The translations under genes and the position numbers were made by a program. Shown here one piece after another: positions 1-10,069 of a stretch of 41,690 nt of DNA. Location: IMG/VR virus record IMGVR_UViG_3300034052_000006, positions 1 to 41,690 of that record; one strand, given 5' to 3'. The DNA is from a virus (Duplodnaviria; Caudoviricetes). Positions within the stretch are counted from its first letter, which is position 1, and each line of letters starts with the position of its first letter. The notes beneath the pieces are model-generated. The model saw only the letters and a program-made list of their open reading frames with translations, was not told the origin of the DNA and made no database searches.

Positions 1-2037
1 GAACGAAGCTAGATCGTAGGTCGTTCCGCCGTTGATGCGACCACGAATCTTGAGGTCGTACTGCGCGTTGGCCGTGGCCGGACCCGTGCGCGGCACCAAC
101 TCGATCCACGCCTCGCAATCCTGAGCCCCCGCCGTAGCATTCGTTTTCCAGCCACTCCCCTTGAAACGCAATGCAGGAGAGTACTTCTGTGCCCCCACCG
201 TAGCAGTAGAGGAGGTAGCGAGGACGAGGCCATCGACTGAGGTGGCGGCTACGGGAAGGCTGTTCGTCAGAGTGCCGATCCCGTCCATGTACCACTTCTC
301 GGTGGCGGTCTGGAGGGTAGTGCCGGTGGTCCCAACATCCGGGGTCTGCCAGGAGAAGATCTTACCCGTGACAGCGCCAGCACCCGTGCCACGCGAACCA
401 CGGAAGGTCCAGGTAGCGGGAGCAATGTCAGTACCGCTTGCATCCTGTACAGAGAGAGTCTGCGCTACGGGAGGGTTCGCTGCGGCCTTGCCGAGTTGCC
501 AGTTAGCGGCTGCACTTCTCGCCAAGAACACATCACCATCTGCTGCGACACTTGACCCAATCCCAAAATAGTTTGCAGTTTGGGTTAAAACGATACCCCT
601 CGTATGGTGGTAATAGAAAGCTCCACCATCATTATACAGGAATGTAGCCTGCTGTGTATTATTCCATGTTTCATTATCAATTTGAAACCTATTACCGCCT
701 GCATTTAAGAGTTTCAATCCTATAAGATCGCCGCCTATATGGCCAATATTTAGTCTATCGACATAAGAAGCGCCATTATCTGATGTTGAGAAGTTGATGT
801 ATCCGCCATCAGCGGTTGCCTTTGCCTCAATAGCGCCATTGAAGGTCTTGGCGCTTCCGCTAAAATACGAAGCCGCGAATCTCTGCCTTGGGGAATATTT
901 GGGGTTTAAACTCGTAGCAGTAGCAGAGGTCTGGAGGACGAGGCCATCAACTGAGGTTGCGGCAACGGCTTGCGTGTTGGTCAGCGTTCCTTCGGTCAGC
1001 GTCAGGTTACTGGTGGTCTTGTTATAGACGAAGTTCGCGTCTCCATAGAACGCGCCTGCATCGTTGATCTGGACCTGGGTATCTGCGCCTCCGGGAGTTG
1101 CATTGGCTCCGGTGGCACCCGTTGCGCCAGTGGCACCCGTATCGCCCTTATCCCCAGTCCGCTCGAAACAGACGGTGATAGGTTCCCCATCGGGGTAGGA
1201 AGCTACCCCAGAGATGTAGGACACAGAGATGTTCCTGTACCCACCTGGGTTAGCTACAGCCGACACCGAGTAGAACAAGCAGTTGAACGGCTCTACCGTA
1301 GAGAAGATTCTGATGTAGCCCTTGAGGGTACTGGTCGAGTCATCGAACTGGTCAATGATCGCGCTAACATCATTGTTATCAACATCGTTGGTATCAATGC
1401 GAAGCACAGTTGCAAGGGTTGTATCCGCATTATCCCACCGCAGATTCCCCATGCCAGGGTCGCTATCGGTGGTCGTTACGCTGGACAGGTAGCTTAGAGC
1501 AATGGCCCCGCCAGCGGGTCCGATTGCACCAGTTGCGCCTGTAGCGCCCGTGGGTCCAGTCGCTCCAGTGGCACCCGCAGGGCCAGTATCACCTTGGACA
1601 CCCTGGATGCCTTGGATGCCTTGGATACCCTGCGCCCCCTGCGGTCCTGTGGCCCCAGTTGCACCAGTTGCTCCAGTGGGGCCAGGCACCGTAGAGTCCG
1701 CTCCAGTCGCGCCCGTAGGCCCTTGCGGCCCCGTAGGCCCCGTAGGCCCAGTAGGCCCGACAGGCCCAGGCGGAGTGATGAGGGCTTGGCAGCGGCGGAT
1801 CTGCACCCCACCTGGGAGCGACAGGTAGACATCGTAGTAGCCCGTGGGAGCCGCGAACCCAGCCACGCCGTCACCAGTGGTCGTGAACGGGTTTGCCTTC
1901 GCAGGCGGTGCGTAGATGTCCCCACCAGGGGTATAGATGTCAGCGATGGTATCGTCAGCCGTGTTCCTGACCAGAACCTCGATGCCGCTTAGACGGTTCC
2001 CGTGGCGGTCTTCAAGGATTTCATACCATCGCTGCAT
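1..2037 (-). CDS. Collagen-containing fibre protein (fibre 1), 5' part; runs off the window edge
   Basis: Not in the ORF track because it has no stop in the window. Hand translation from ATG 2037 ([18 protein letters not shown]...) is open to base 1 (679 codons). It contains Gly-X-Y runs ([19 protein letters not shown]; [13 protein letters not shown]) followed by a ~238-aa repeated unit. Confidence 0.85.
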   Translation of the reverse strand, partial: MQRWYEILEDRHGNRLSGIEVLVRNTADDTIADIYTPGGDIYAPPAKANPFTTTGDGVAGFAAPTGYYDVYLSLPGGVQIRRCQALITPPGPVGPTGPTGPTGPQGPTGATGADSTVPGPTGATGATGATGPQGAQGIQGIQGIQGVQGDTGPAGATGATGPTGATGATGAIGPAGGAIALSYLSSVTTTDSDPGMGNLRWDNADTTLATVLRIDTNDVDNNDVSAIIDQFDDSTSTLKGYIRIFSTVEPFNCLFYSVSAVANPGGYRNISVSYISGVASYPDGEPITVCFERTGDKGDTGATGATGATGANATPGGADTQVQINDAGAFYGDANFVYNKTTSNLTLTEGTLTNTQAVAATSVDGLVLQTSATATSLNPKYSPRQRFAASYFSGSAKTFNGAIEAKATADGGYINFSTSDNGASYVDRLNIGHIGGDLIGLKLLNAGGNRFQIDNETWNNTQQATFLYNDGGAFYYHHTRGIVLTQTANYFGIGSSVAADGDVFLARSAAANWQLGKAAANPPVAQTLSVQDASGTDIAPATWTFRGSRGTGAGAVTGKIFSWQTPDVGTTGTTLQTATEKWYMDGIGTLTNSLPVAATSVDGLVLATSSTATVGAQKYSPALRFKGSGWKTNATAGAQDCEAWIELVPRTGPATANAQYDLKIRGRINGGTTYDLASF
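1507..1770 (-). repeat. Collagen-like (Gly-X-Y)n coding repeat
   Basis: 9-nt periodic repeats such as gccccgtag and gccttggat encode GPT, GAT and GIQ triplets. A short second run lies at ~1110-1160. Confidence 0.9.
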
Positions 2038-2049
2038 CTCATCCTCGCA

Positions 2050-2739
2050 CTAGGTGATCGGGGCGTGGGTTGCGCCAGTGAGCGAAAGGCTCCGGGCAGG
2101 GTCGCGCTCAGGCTCCATGTTCACTTCGGTCTGTCGGCCACCCGTGGGGATCTCGCCGGGCATCCGCTTGAACTTCTGGAGTTCCATCTGGGCCTTGTAC
2201 TCTTCCCAGGAAACATCTTCGCGGTAGACGGTCCACTCGTAGCGCGACTGCCACTCCTCCCACCACTCCCACGAGTTGTCGCGGAGGGGCTGGGCCTTCC
2301 GAACGGGGCAGTTGGTATCGAGCAGAACCGAGAACGCTTCGACAGGAACGACCACGCGCTGGCCCCTGCGGACATAGATGACGGGCAGCATACCGAGCCC
2401 AAGCGGAACCCAGCTACCACCGTTCTCGCCCTGGGCACTGATCTTGATCTCGACACACTTGCCGCTGAATCCGTTCTTGCTGGTCTTGTTGACAGGGCTC
2501 GTGGCTCCGTCCTGAACGACCGCCTGGAAGTGCGCGGCGTCCTGATCGGACTTCTCGATGGCACCGAGATGGTCACGAGTCTTGTTGATCTCGTCACGGA
2601 AGAACGCTTCCGCCTCTACCTTCGCGGCAGAGAGAAGCTCTCCGTACATGGTTTCACGGATGCTCTGCTGGAGGTCCATCTTCATGGCCTCCAGGTCGAA
2701 CTCCATGGGTGGTGCGACTACCTTGGCTTTACGAGGCAT
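2050..2739 (-). CDS. Hypothetical protein of the capsid operon
   Basis: 229 aa with a GGGAAGGAG RBS. The segment VPLGLG..VIYVRRGQRVVVPVEAFSVLLD resembles proteins I recall downstream of N4-gp56-type capsid genes (not searched). Confidence 0.6.
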   Translation of the reverse strand: MPRKAKVVAPPMEFDLEAMKMDLQQSIRETMYGELLSAAKVEAEAFFRDEINKTRDHLGAIEKSDQDAAHFQAVVQDGATSPVNKTSKNGFSGKCVEIKISAQGENGGSWVPLGLGMLPVIYVRRGQRVVVPVEAFSVLLDTNCPVRKAQPLRDNSWEWWEEWQSRYEWTVYREDVSWEEYKAQMELQKFKRMPGEIPTGGRQTEVNMEPERDPARSLSLTGATHAPIT

Positions 2740-2774
2740 GGTTATCTCCTTCCCGCATGGCGGGGTTGCTGGTT

Positions 2775-2806
2775 AAAAGAGCCAGGGGGGCCGAAGCCCC
2801 CCCGGC
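2775..2806 (-). terminator. Intrinsic terminator after the capsid and decoration genes
   Basis: Minus strand reads GCCGGGGGGGC-TTCG-GCCCCCCTGGC-TCTTTT: cUUCGg loop and U tail, directly after the stop at 2813. Confidence 0.85.
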
Positions 2807-2812
2807 CAGGGG

Positions 2813-3145
2813 TCAGTGCGTCAGGACGAAGTAGCTGGTGCAGGTATCCGTGATGATCTCGGTCGAGGCCGTCAGGGTGCCACCAGCAGCGGTACTCCAG
2901 GTGAGCGCAGTGGACGAAAGGATGTCGCCCGTGGTGGCGAAGATGATGCCGACATAGGCACCAGCCACGGCGTCATAGACGAAGGTGTGAAGCTGCTTGT
3001 CAGCAGTGCCGATGATCTCGACCTTGGTAGGCCGGAAGCCACAGGCGATGTCGGTGGCGACTTCGGACGAATCCGAGACAACCTTCCAGACATCAATGCC
3101 GTTCGAGCCGGGCTGCTGGGTGATGTGGGTGACAGTGGAAGCCAT
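2813..3145 (-). CDS. Putative capsid decoration/cement protein
   Basis: 110 aa, Thr/Ala/Ser/Gly-rich with a beta-strand pattern. AGGAG RBS, immediately after the capsid gene and before the terminator. Confidence 0.55.
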   Translation of the reverse strand: MASTVTHITQQPGSNGIDVWKVVSDSSEVATDIACGFRPTKVEIIGTADKQLHTFVYDAVAGAYVGIIFATTGDILSSTALTWSTAAGGTLTASTEIITDTCTSYFVLTH

Positions 3146-3156
3146 GGTCGGATCTC

Positions 3157-4176
3157 CTATTCAGCCGAAGCGGCGCACTCAATGCGGCCGATGTAGTCTT
3201 CCTGGAGGATTCCAGAGCCCCAGTTGCCCTTCCAGCCGATCTGCGCCCACTGACCAAGCGGGTTCGCGTGGTCCTTGGAGGTGTAGGGCAGGTAGGTCAC
3301 ATCCGCCGAGCCTTCAAGCTCGATGGTGGCGTAGGCGTCAGCACCGATGCAGAGGCAGATGTAGACATCCGAGTAGGTGGTCCCCCGGGTGCCAGCAATC
3401 GCAGCGCCGCTCTCAAGGAAGAAGCGGGTGTGGGTGGAGCGGACGAAGCGGAAGTCACGGTACGAACCGAACTCACCGTTGTACAGGCCTCCGTTGGCAG
3501 CGTACTCGGTGACAGGGATGAAGCCGGGGATGTCGCGGGTGTCATGCTCAACATCGGGATGCACCAGGATGACATAGCCCTCCATGATGCCCTGGGTGTT
3601 GATCTTCGAGCCAGCCGAGATCTGCTTGGTGAGGGGCTTGGCAAGCTGCCGCTTCAGGCGGGTCGCCATCTTGTCGAGGGCCGCGCCGTTCATGCGACCG
3701 ATGACATTGGAACGAGCGCCGCCAGCGACACCGCCGCTGTCATCCGTCAGGCGGAACACGGTGGTACCACCCACGAGGCCATCACGGTAGATGGCGTCCT
3801 GGGACTGGCCCATGTTCTCCGAGTTGATCTCGATCAACTCCTTGACCACATCCTCCAGGCTCGTCCGAGCCACCATGTCGGACACGATGAACAGGTTCCC
3901 GTACTGGGAAGTGTTGATCGTGACCGTGGAGCGGGTGGGAGTCGTTTCAGAGGGGACGGTTCCCTCGATGATCGACTTGATGTTGCCAGCGGTAGAGCCA
4001 GTCGTGGGCGCGATGCGATCCCACTTGGCGACCTTCCACTGCGTGGAGTTGCGGGAAGGGAGCTTGATCTTCTTCCCAAACTGGGTGTGAACAAGATTGG
4101 GCTTAGCCCGATCAAGGCACTCGCGCTCAATGAAGCTCGGATTGAGCGGAGTGACGGTGGCGGTGGTCATCGTCAC
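3157..4176 (-). CDS. Major capsid protein, N4-gp56 family
   Basis: 339 aa with EGTVP..T, QYGN....SD, YVILVHPDVEHD, GEFG....RFV and NPLGQ...IGWK motifs. Follows the scaffold gene. Confidence 0.9.
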   Translation of the reverse strand: MTMTTATVTPLNPSFIERECLDRAKPNLVHTQFGKKIKLPSRNSTQWKVAKWDRIAPTTGSTAGNIKSIIEGTVPSETTPTRSTVTINTSQYGNLFIVSDMVARTSLEDVVKELIEINSENMGQSQDAIYRDGLVGGTTVFRLTDDSGGVAGGARSNVIGRMNGAALDKMATRLKRQLAKPLTKQISAGSKINTQGIMEGYVILVHPDVEHDTRDIPGFIPVTEYAANGGLYNGEFGSYRDFRFVRSTHTRFFLESGAAIAGTRGTTYSDVYICLCIGADAYATIELEGSADVTYLPYTSKDHANPLGQWAQIGWKGNWGSGILQEDYIGRIECAASAE

Positions 4177-4249
4177 GGTAGTTCTCCATTGCGGTTGGGT
4201 TGGTTGCGGAGGGTGAGCGGCAACAACCTAACACCAATGGTGGAGCGGA

Positions 4250-4984
4250 TTAAGCCCAGCCGAGTTTCTTGCGTGCAGCCTGCCACGCATCGTCACTGAG
4301 TTTGTAAGCGTCCACATTGGTAAGGTCATTACCAAGCTGAGGACGGCTGTTTGCACCATTCGTTTCCGTGGTACCGAGCGAACGCATGGCCCCGCGCTCT
4401 TGGGCGGTCATGCTCCGGCTCGATCCCTTCCCGTAGAACTCGCGTGCGTAACGAACCTGGGTTCCAAGCGACACCATCCTGCGCGGGTCGCTGAAGTGTT
4501 CTTCACGCTCGGACTCAGGCATAGCACGAAGGATCGCGGCCATGTCCGTCTTGAGGTCATCAAGATCGGGTAGTCGCTGGGCCACGAAGTCTAGCTTGGC
4601 TTGCTCAACCTGATTCTGCTGTACATGGGTCAAAGTGCCCACGAGCGGGTTGAGGGCCTTCGCTAGTTCGCGCTTGAGGTAGGGTCCGACATACTTCACA
4701 ACGGTCGGATCGTACTGCTCTTCCTCTTCGCGGTCGCGGCGTTCGGCATCTTCCTGAGCCCTTCGCTCTGCCTGTTGCAGTTCGAGAAGGGTTTTCTGGT
4801 GCATGAACTGGCGGAGTTCCCGTAGCTCGGTCGTGACCTCATCGAACCTTTCACGGGGGATGAACGCTTCGCGTTTCGCTGTGCGCTGTGCCTCGTGTGG
4901 GTTCGGCTCGGTGATACCTTCCGGTGCCTCGACACCTTCCGGGACTTCCTCGTTCAAGCCGTTGTCAAGATTTTCGCCGTTCAT
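4250..4984 (-). CDS. Capsid scaffolding protein
   Basis: Acidic N-terminus, IPRERFDEV followed by coiled coil, C-terminal LSDDAWQAARKKLG helix. Lies between portal and capsid genes. Confidence 0.75.
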   Translation of the reverse strand: MNGENLDNGLNEEVPEGVEAPEGITEPNPHEAQRTAKREAFIPRERFDEVTTELRELRQFMHQKTLLELQQAERRAQEDAERRDREEEEQYDPTVVKYVGPYLKRELAKALNPLVGTLTHVQQNQVEQAKLDFVAQRLPDLDDLKTDMAAILRAMPESEREEHFSDPRRMVSLGTQVRYAREFYGKGSSRSMTAQERGAMRSLGTTETNGANSRPQLGNDLTNVDAYKLSDDAWQAARKKLGWA

Positions 4985-5298
4985 GGCTGATCTCCACCGG
5001 GTTCCGCACCGGACTGCGCTGTTGCAGTGTACTGTTCGCTAAGAAGTGTTGCAAGATCGCTTATGAACTTCCGCTCTACATCAAGGGCCGACCGTAGGAC
5101 CGGATAGCTGGGCAGGGTCGGGTCCACCCATTGGAGGCATCCCAGCTTCCGAAACTCCAGCCATGCTAGGAGGACCGCCAGATCCGGGTTGGCCCTGAGG
5201 CGCGCCAGGGCCTCCTTGCCCTCCGCCGTTTGCCATACCCGGGGCACCCCCTGCTTGGGCCAAAGCAAGTTGTTCAGCGAACTGCTGTTGCTGCTCAA
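4981..5298 (-). CDS. Small head-assembly protein (Bbp19-like) overlapping the portal 3' end
   Basis: TTG start at 5298 lies 7 nt after AGGAG. The sequence RVWQTAEGKEALARL resembles the F.T..GK.VL..L motif of small portal-scaffold proteins. The stop overlaps the scaffold ATG (ATGA). Confidence 0.6.
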   Translation of the reverse strand: MSSNSSSLNNLLWPKQGVPRVWQTAEGKEALARLRANPDLAVLLAWLEFRKLGCLQWVDPTLPSYPVLRSALDVERKFISDLATLLSEQYTATAQSGAEPGGDQP

Positions 5299-7084
5299 AG
5301 GCCTTCTCCTGTTCTGTTTTGAGATACTGCCCGGCATCCCTGAAGCCGCCATTTTCCAGGAGGCGTTCAAGCCAGGGGCGGAGTTTGAACTCCTGACGGA
5401 TCTCTGGGTCTTGAAGTAAAAGCTGAGAAAGCTGCATCTGCTGGTCGTACTGCTGCTTGCTCTGAGAGACTTGGCTCGATCCTACCACCCGAATGTCGTA
5501 GGCTCCAAGGATGTCCTCAGGCTTCACGATCATGCGGACATCGCCACCCGTGATCTCCATCTTGGTCATCACATCGGCTGGCATCCCGGTGGCTTGCGAA
5601 TGGGCGATACGGACCCACACAGCCTTGTCGGTGTACTGCTGATTGACTGCCACCCACATCCGCATCACAGGGAGCAGGAACTGCTCTTCGCAGTGCTTGA
5701 CCCTACGGTTAGTCAACGCGCTGGCTGTCTGTGACAGCACATTGACTTCGGTGGCAGACTTGCGGTTGTCAGCGTTCGTGAAAGCCTTGTTCGCCCCGGT
5801 GAGGTCATTGAACTGGGTGAGCATGAAGCCGAGGTCGCCCATGCCGAGGGCTGCATCATTGGGGCGGTAGAGGGGCCAGATCGACTGGGGGCCGCTGTTT
5901 GAGTTGAACGGGTGCCATGTGCCCGGGCCTTCGTCCATCGCGTCAGGGTCAAAGAGCCCGTCATCGATGTAGCCCATGGGCGGGGCGATGGACATCGTGT
6001 TCGCATCGATGCACTGGTTGAACCGGACATTGATCGCGTCCTGGAAGCCCAGGTACGGCTCAAGGATGCCCCGTCCGTAGACCTCGTTGGGTTCCTCGAT
6101 GTAGGTGTACATCTGCCACGGGGGGAGCCCGTGCATGAACCCATTGGGCTCGAAGGCCATGAGAACCCTGCGGTTGCCGATGACCATGCGATGGTTCTTG
6201 TAGATCTTCACCTTGCCTTCGGTGTCACGAATTGGGAAGTCGCCCCAGTACTCGTGAAGCTCGACCCCTTCCTTCACCTGCTCAGTGAAGCCGCGCAGCT
6301 TCTCCATGGCTTCGATCATCGAGTCAACCGACCGGGCCTGAGGGATACCATCCGAAAGCTGGTCCAGGTTCTCGTACTTGATCCGGCCATCCGCCAGAAG
6401 GTTGGTGGCTTCCAGGTAGGCCAGGGTCTTCACGAAGCGGATGCAGCGAACCGCATAGGTTTCGTCATCCGGGTGTCGGTCCTGGTAGTAGTCGAAGATC
6501 GAGGCAAATGAGAACTCCGGCCCGTCATAGACGAGCATATCCCTGTTCTCGATGGTCAGGTTGAACGGCGGAGGGGGGAGCCCCTGCTGCGCGTTCTGGT
6601 TGACGAGTTCCTCGTACTCCTTGAGCTTCATCTTCACAAGCTCTTGGTCCGGCACCTTGAGCTTCTTCACGGCGTGGGTGACACACCAAGCTGTGCTGCC
6701 GAAGAGAACCGCCTCCTTGAGGGCCAGTTCAGCCTTGCGTTTGAAGCCTGTCTTATCAAGCTGCCAGTAGGCCAGCGACCGCATCATCTTGGCCCCAGCG
6801 TCATCGTCCGGGGTGATGCCCAACATATCCATGAACTGGTCATGTGGCATCACGGATTCGATTAGCTGGGAGGCAACCGACTCGACTGCGTGCAAGCTCA
6901 CATTGAAGAACCGCTTCGAGCGGATCTTCTTCATGTTCTTGAAGGTGTCACCGAAGTCCCCGAGATAGGCCTCATAGGCCCGTCTCCACTTCCGCTCACG
7001 ATCTCCACGAGCGCCTTCCAGCCTTTGAATGAGATCCGTGCCGTAGGCTACGGCAGCCGCTTCATCAACCGTGGGATCGATCAC
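5081..7084 (-). CDS. Portal protein (P22-like podoviral type)
   Basis: 667 aa between terL and the scaffold gene, with EVYGRGILE, QDAINVRFNQ.IDA and KSATEV motifs and a Q/G/P-rich C-terminal tail. Confidence 0.9.
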   Translation of the reverse strand: MIDPTVDEAAAVAYGTDLIQRLEGARGDRERKWRRAYEAYLGDFGDTFKNMKKIRSKRFFNVSLHAVESVASQLIESVMPHDQFMDMLGITPDDDAGAKMMRSLAYWQLDKTGFKRKAELALKEAVLFGSTAWCVTHAVKKLKVPDQELVKMKLKEYEELVNQNAQQGLPPPPFNLTIENRDMLVYDGPEFSFASIFDYYQDRHPDDETYAVRCIRFVKTLAYLEATNLLADGRIKYENLDQLSDGIPQARSVDSMIEAMEKLRGFTEQVKEGVELHEYWGDFPIRDTEGKVKIYKNHRMVIGNRRVLMAFEPNGFMHGLPPWQMYTYIEEPNEVYGRGILEPYLGFQDAINVRFNQCIDANTMSIAPPMGYIDDGLFDPDAMDEGPGTWHPFNSNSGPQSIWPLYRPNDAALGMGDLGFMLTQFNDLTGANKAFTNADNRKSATEVNVLSQTASALTNRRVKHCEEQFLLPVMRMWVAVNQQYTDKAVWVRIAHSQATGMPADVMTKMEITGGDVRMIVKPEDILGAYDIRVVGSSQVSQSKQQYDQQMQLSQLLLQDPEIRQEFKLRPWLERLLENGGFRDAGQYLKTEQEKAFEQQQQFAEQLALAQAGGAPGMANGGGQGGPGAPQGQPGSGGPPSMAGVSEAGMPPMGGPDPAQLSGPTVGP

Positions 7085-7086
7085 AC

Positions 7087-7929
7087 CTACTCCTCGTTGA
7101 AGAAGCTACGCATCCCACGCGACCTTCGGAGCTTGTGCATCGGGTCATAGGCCTCAAGACCTGTCGCCTGTTGCGGGGCCTTGTCGGGCACGGGCATCGG
7201 GCCAGCGCCTGTGGGGCCTTGGTCGCCCTGCGGCGCAGCACCACGCCAGCCAGCGGGGCCACCGTCAGGGACAGGCATGGCACCGGGGCCACCCTGCATC
7301 TCAGGGGCCTGCTGGTAGTTGAAGCCGCCTGTGCCAGTAGGAGGCGGCAGAGCGTGGGGTGTCGGGCCGTTCTGAGGGCCGCCCATCGCCAGCCACGGGT
7401 TCGACTGGGGGAAGAAGTTCTTCTGCGGTTGCATCACAGGCTGGGCCGAGCCCTGCGGGACATACGCCGATCCGTTCCAGACCGAGTTGCCCTGCTGGCC
7501 GAGGGGGCCGTAGTCGATGCCACCCCCGCCCTTCGTGCCCGTGCCGTTCTGCGCGTTCGCCCACGAGTTCGAGTCCCACTGCTTGGCAGCGGGGCCGTTC
7601 ATCTGCACGCCGTTCTGGTTGAGTTGAGGGGCTTGGTCAAGCTGGGCATAGCCGAGGCCACCCCCACCAATCCACGGGCTTCGTTTGATCCAGTCGTCGG
7701 GGTTGAAGGCACCACCGGGGCCATTGGGCGGGTTGATCTTCTCCCGCTGCTGGAACTGCCGAGGGTCCATCATGTACTGCTGAAGCGTCTGCTGGCCTCC
7801 GCCACCAAGCTGCCCGGGCCGCCCACCCATCCGGCCAGGGCCACCAAGACGCTGCTGCATCTTCCTCCCGAAGCCATCCCCAGGGATCGCAGCACCACCG
7901 CCTGGGCCTTCATCGAAACGGGTCTTCAT
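7087..7929 (-). CDS. Gly/Gln/Pro-rich low-complexity hypothetical protein
   Basis: 280 aa with an AGGAG RBS, tightly packed between terL and the portal gene. Confidence 0.7.
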   Translation of the reverse strand: MKTRFDEGPGGGAAIPGDGFGRKMQQRLGGPGRMGGRPGQLGGGGQQTLQQYMMDPRQFQQREKINPPNGPGGAFNPDDWIKRSPWIGGGGLGYAQLDQAPQLNQNGVQMNGPAAKQWDSNSWANAQNGTGTKGGGGIDYGPLGQQGNSVWNGSAYVPQGSAQPVMQPQKNFFPQSNPWLAMGGPQNGPTPHALPPPTGTGGFNYQQAPEMQGGPGAMPVPDGGPAGWRGAAPQGDQGPTGAGPMPVPDKAPQQATGLEAYDPMHKLRRSRGMRSFFNEE

Positions 7930-7938
7930 GGCGATCTC

Positions 7939-9411
7939 CTAGTGGGCACCGAACTCGCTGATGCTATCAACGATTTCCCTGTTCAACCTACTGATTCTTC
8001 CGAACCTTCGCAAGGTGTCAGGCGTCTCCCTGCCCTTGTTCCACCCGTAGAGCGCGGCATCCGCAGCGTGGTCCTCCCCGGTGGTATCGAACTGCTCGGG
8101 GTTCGTGTTGTTGACCTGAAGCGCCGGGATCGTCCTGATGCAGTGGTAGCAATTGTCCATGAAGACCAGCCGTGCGTGTCCATTAACAACCTTGAGCGCA
8201 TCTCGGAAGGATTGGATGATGCCTTCCTTGCGTTTGCCACCCGACACCTTCATGGCAGGGTTGAAGTACACGCCAGCCCGTTGGAACTCCTGGGCAATCG
8301 AGTACTCATGACCTGCCCGGGCGAACGAGTGGCTATCCAGCCACCGCTCACGGATGAACTCATGGTTCTCGCGCTCGATGTCCATGATCCTCAGGCCGAT
8401 CTCATACGCCGTCTCGTTGGTGCCCTTCCAGGGTTCCTTGTCTGACAGTGCGCCATACAGTTCTCTGTATACATACACCTGTCCATGGGGCGACTGCGCG
8501 AACCACAGTATGGCGTAGGGTGCGTGGGTACCGAAGTCAGCCCCTACCCACCGCTTCCACGAGTCAGGCGGGGTGAAGTACGGCACGATGTGGACGCCAG
8601 GGTTCCATTCCGTGAAGAACGCCCCTTCCACCACATTCCAGTCGCCATACAGCAGCATCTTCCGCTGGGCATCCGGTAGCTGAAGCAGGTTCCCGACATA
8701 GTTGCCGTCCTGCATCATGTACCAGTTGTCCGTGACCTTGCCGGGGATGAACACACGGGTCCGTTCGTAGGTCACGCCGTTCACCACGAACGATTCGGTG
8801 ACAGGTTTCATGGCCGAGGCCGGGTCAATGAAGCGTTTCTTGACCCACACATGGCCCACACGGCCCGGGTTGGTGGTAGCAATCCTTCGGAGCTTCACGC
8901 CAGGGTGCGGCGACCGCAGGCGGGACCACATATAGTCATAGCAGAAGCTAGTTTCCCACTGGGTAAGCTCGTCAAAGCCAATCCAGGTGAACTCCACGCC
9001 GTCATACTGGTACACATCGTCATCGGAGTCGAGATAACCAAGCCTAAGGGTCGCTCCGTTCGGGAAATACCATGTTTTGTCAGCGTTCGACCAGCACTTG
9101 ATGCCATAAGCCTTCCCAAAGACCTCCTTGGTGCGCTTCAGGATGTGCTGAAAGTGGGGAAACGCCCGGCGGACGAGCAAACCATGGGCATTACCGCCAT
9201 GAACGCTCATGTGCGCCGCAAAATCACCCACCAAGACATCCGTTTTGCCGCTTCCAGCCGCTCCACCGTACAAGATCTCGTCACATGGGCACGAGAGGAC
9301 CAGCTTCTGGCGTGGCTGAGGCCACCAGACCACCCCTTCCGGCACGATGTGCTTGGTCGCAGACCCCTCAGGTAGCTCAAACTTCTGAACTCCGATGGCC
9401 TTGATGCTCAT
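7939..9411 (-). CDS. terL: Terminase large subunit
   Basis: Walker A GGAAGSGKT, Walker B IGFDELTQ, TTNPG coupling motif, nuclease acidic motifs GADFG and EDHAADA. Confidence 0.95.
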   Translation of the reverse strand: MSIKAIGVQKFELPEGSATKHIVPEGVVWWPQPRQKLVLSCPCDEILYGGAAGSGKTDVLVGDFAAHMSVHGGNAHGLLVRRAFPHFQHILKRTKEVFGKAYGIKCWSNADKTWYFPNGATLRLGYLDSDDDVYQYDGVEFTWIGFDELTQWETSFCYDYMWSRLRSPHPGVKLRRIATTNPGRVGHVWVKKRFIDPASAMKPVTESFVVNGVTYERTRVFIPGKVTDNWYMMQDGNYVGNLLQLPDAQRKMLLYGDWNVVEGAFFTEWNPGVHIVPYFTPPDSWKRWVGADFGTHAPYAILWFAQSPHGQVYVYRELYGALSDKEPWKGTNETAYEIGLRIMDIERENHEFIRERWLDSHSFARAGHEYSIAQEFQRAGVYFNPAMKVSGGKRKEGIIQSFRDALKVVNGHARLVFMDNCYHCIRTIPALQVNNTNPEQFDTTGEDHAADAALYGWNKGRETPDTLRRFGRISRLNREIVDSISEFGAH

Positions 9412-10034
9412 TCGGTGTCCTCAGTCGGCTCTTCCGGCTCTTCCTGATGCTCGGGAGCCGTCAGGATGGGTACCTCTTCCACATCCCACGACAAATCGGT
9501 TGTACGAATCACTCCAGACTCCCCCATCTCGCCGGATCGGCGCTCTTGGACCTGTCTCTGGACCTCGGCTCCCCAGTCTTCGATGCTGCCAGCCATAGTC
9601 GGTACAGCGATGATAGGAGCGTGTACCACCACATCGAGGCTTCCCTCCTTCGGCATCATCTTCACCGCAAGATTACCTGCCTCAAGAGGCTTCTCAAGCG
9701 AAACATCCGCCAGCCTAGCCATGAACATCGGGTCCACAACCATGTTCTGAACCAATGCCTTGAACGCCTTCATCCGCTTCGCAGGCGACAACTCAGCCCC
9801 ACGGATCAAGTCGTACTTCAACTTCTCGTCCATCGAAGCGAACGCACGCCTCGCAAGCTCTACCCCATCCTCCGTTGGTAGATTTTCATTCGCCTTTGGA
9901 GCCACCTTGATCCAGGTACCCCAGTTCTTGGAAAGTACCGGGGGCGGTGGGTTCCTCTGCTCAGGCAGCCCCTCTCTCGGCTTCGCCTCCATCAACCTCG
10001 TCTCGCTCGGATGCCTCGGACCTCGGTTTCCCAT
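9408..10034 (-). CDS. Putative terminase small subunit
   Basis: 208 aa, first gene of the late arm. Overlaps the terL start (ATGA). Helical core with an acidic tail. Assignment is by position. Confidence 0.6.
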   Translation of the reverse strand: MGNRGPRHPSETRLMEAKPREGLPEQRNPPPPVLSKNWGTWIKVAPKANENLPTEDGVELARRAFASMDEKLKYDLIRGAELSPAKRMKAFKALVQNMVVDPMFMARLADVSLEKPLEAGNLAVKMMPKEGSLDVVVHAPIIAVPTMAGSIEDWGAEVQRQVQERRSGEMGESGVIRTTDLSWDVEEVPILTAPEHQEEPEEPTEDTE

Positions 10035-10069
10035 GCCCTAACCTAACCCCCACGAGTCCCTCGTTCAAC

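Noticed and set aside
200-968. Diversity-generating retroelement or invertible shufflon in the fibre
   Set aside because: No reverse transcriptase or invertase is present. The repeats are direct and in-frame, and their differences are not adenine-specific.
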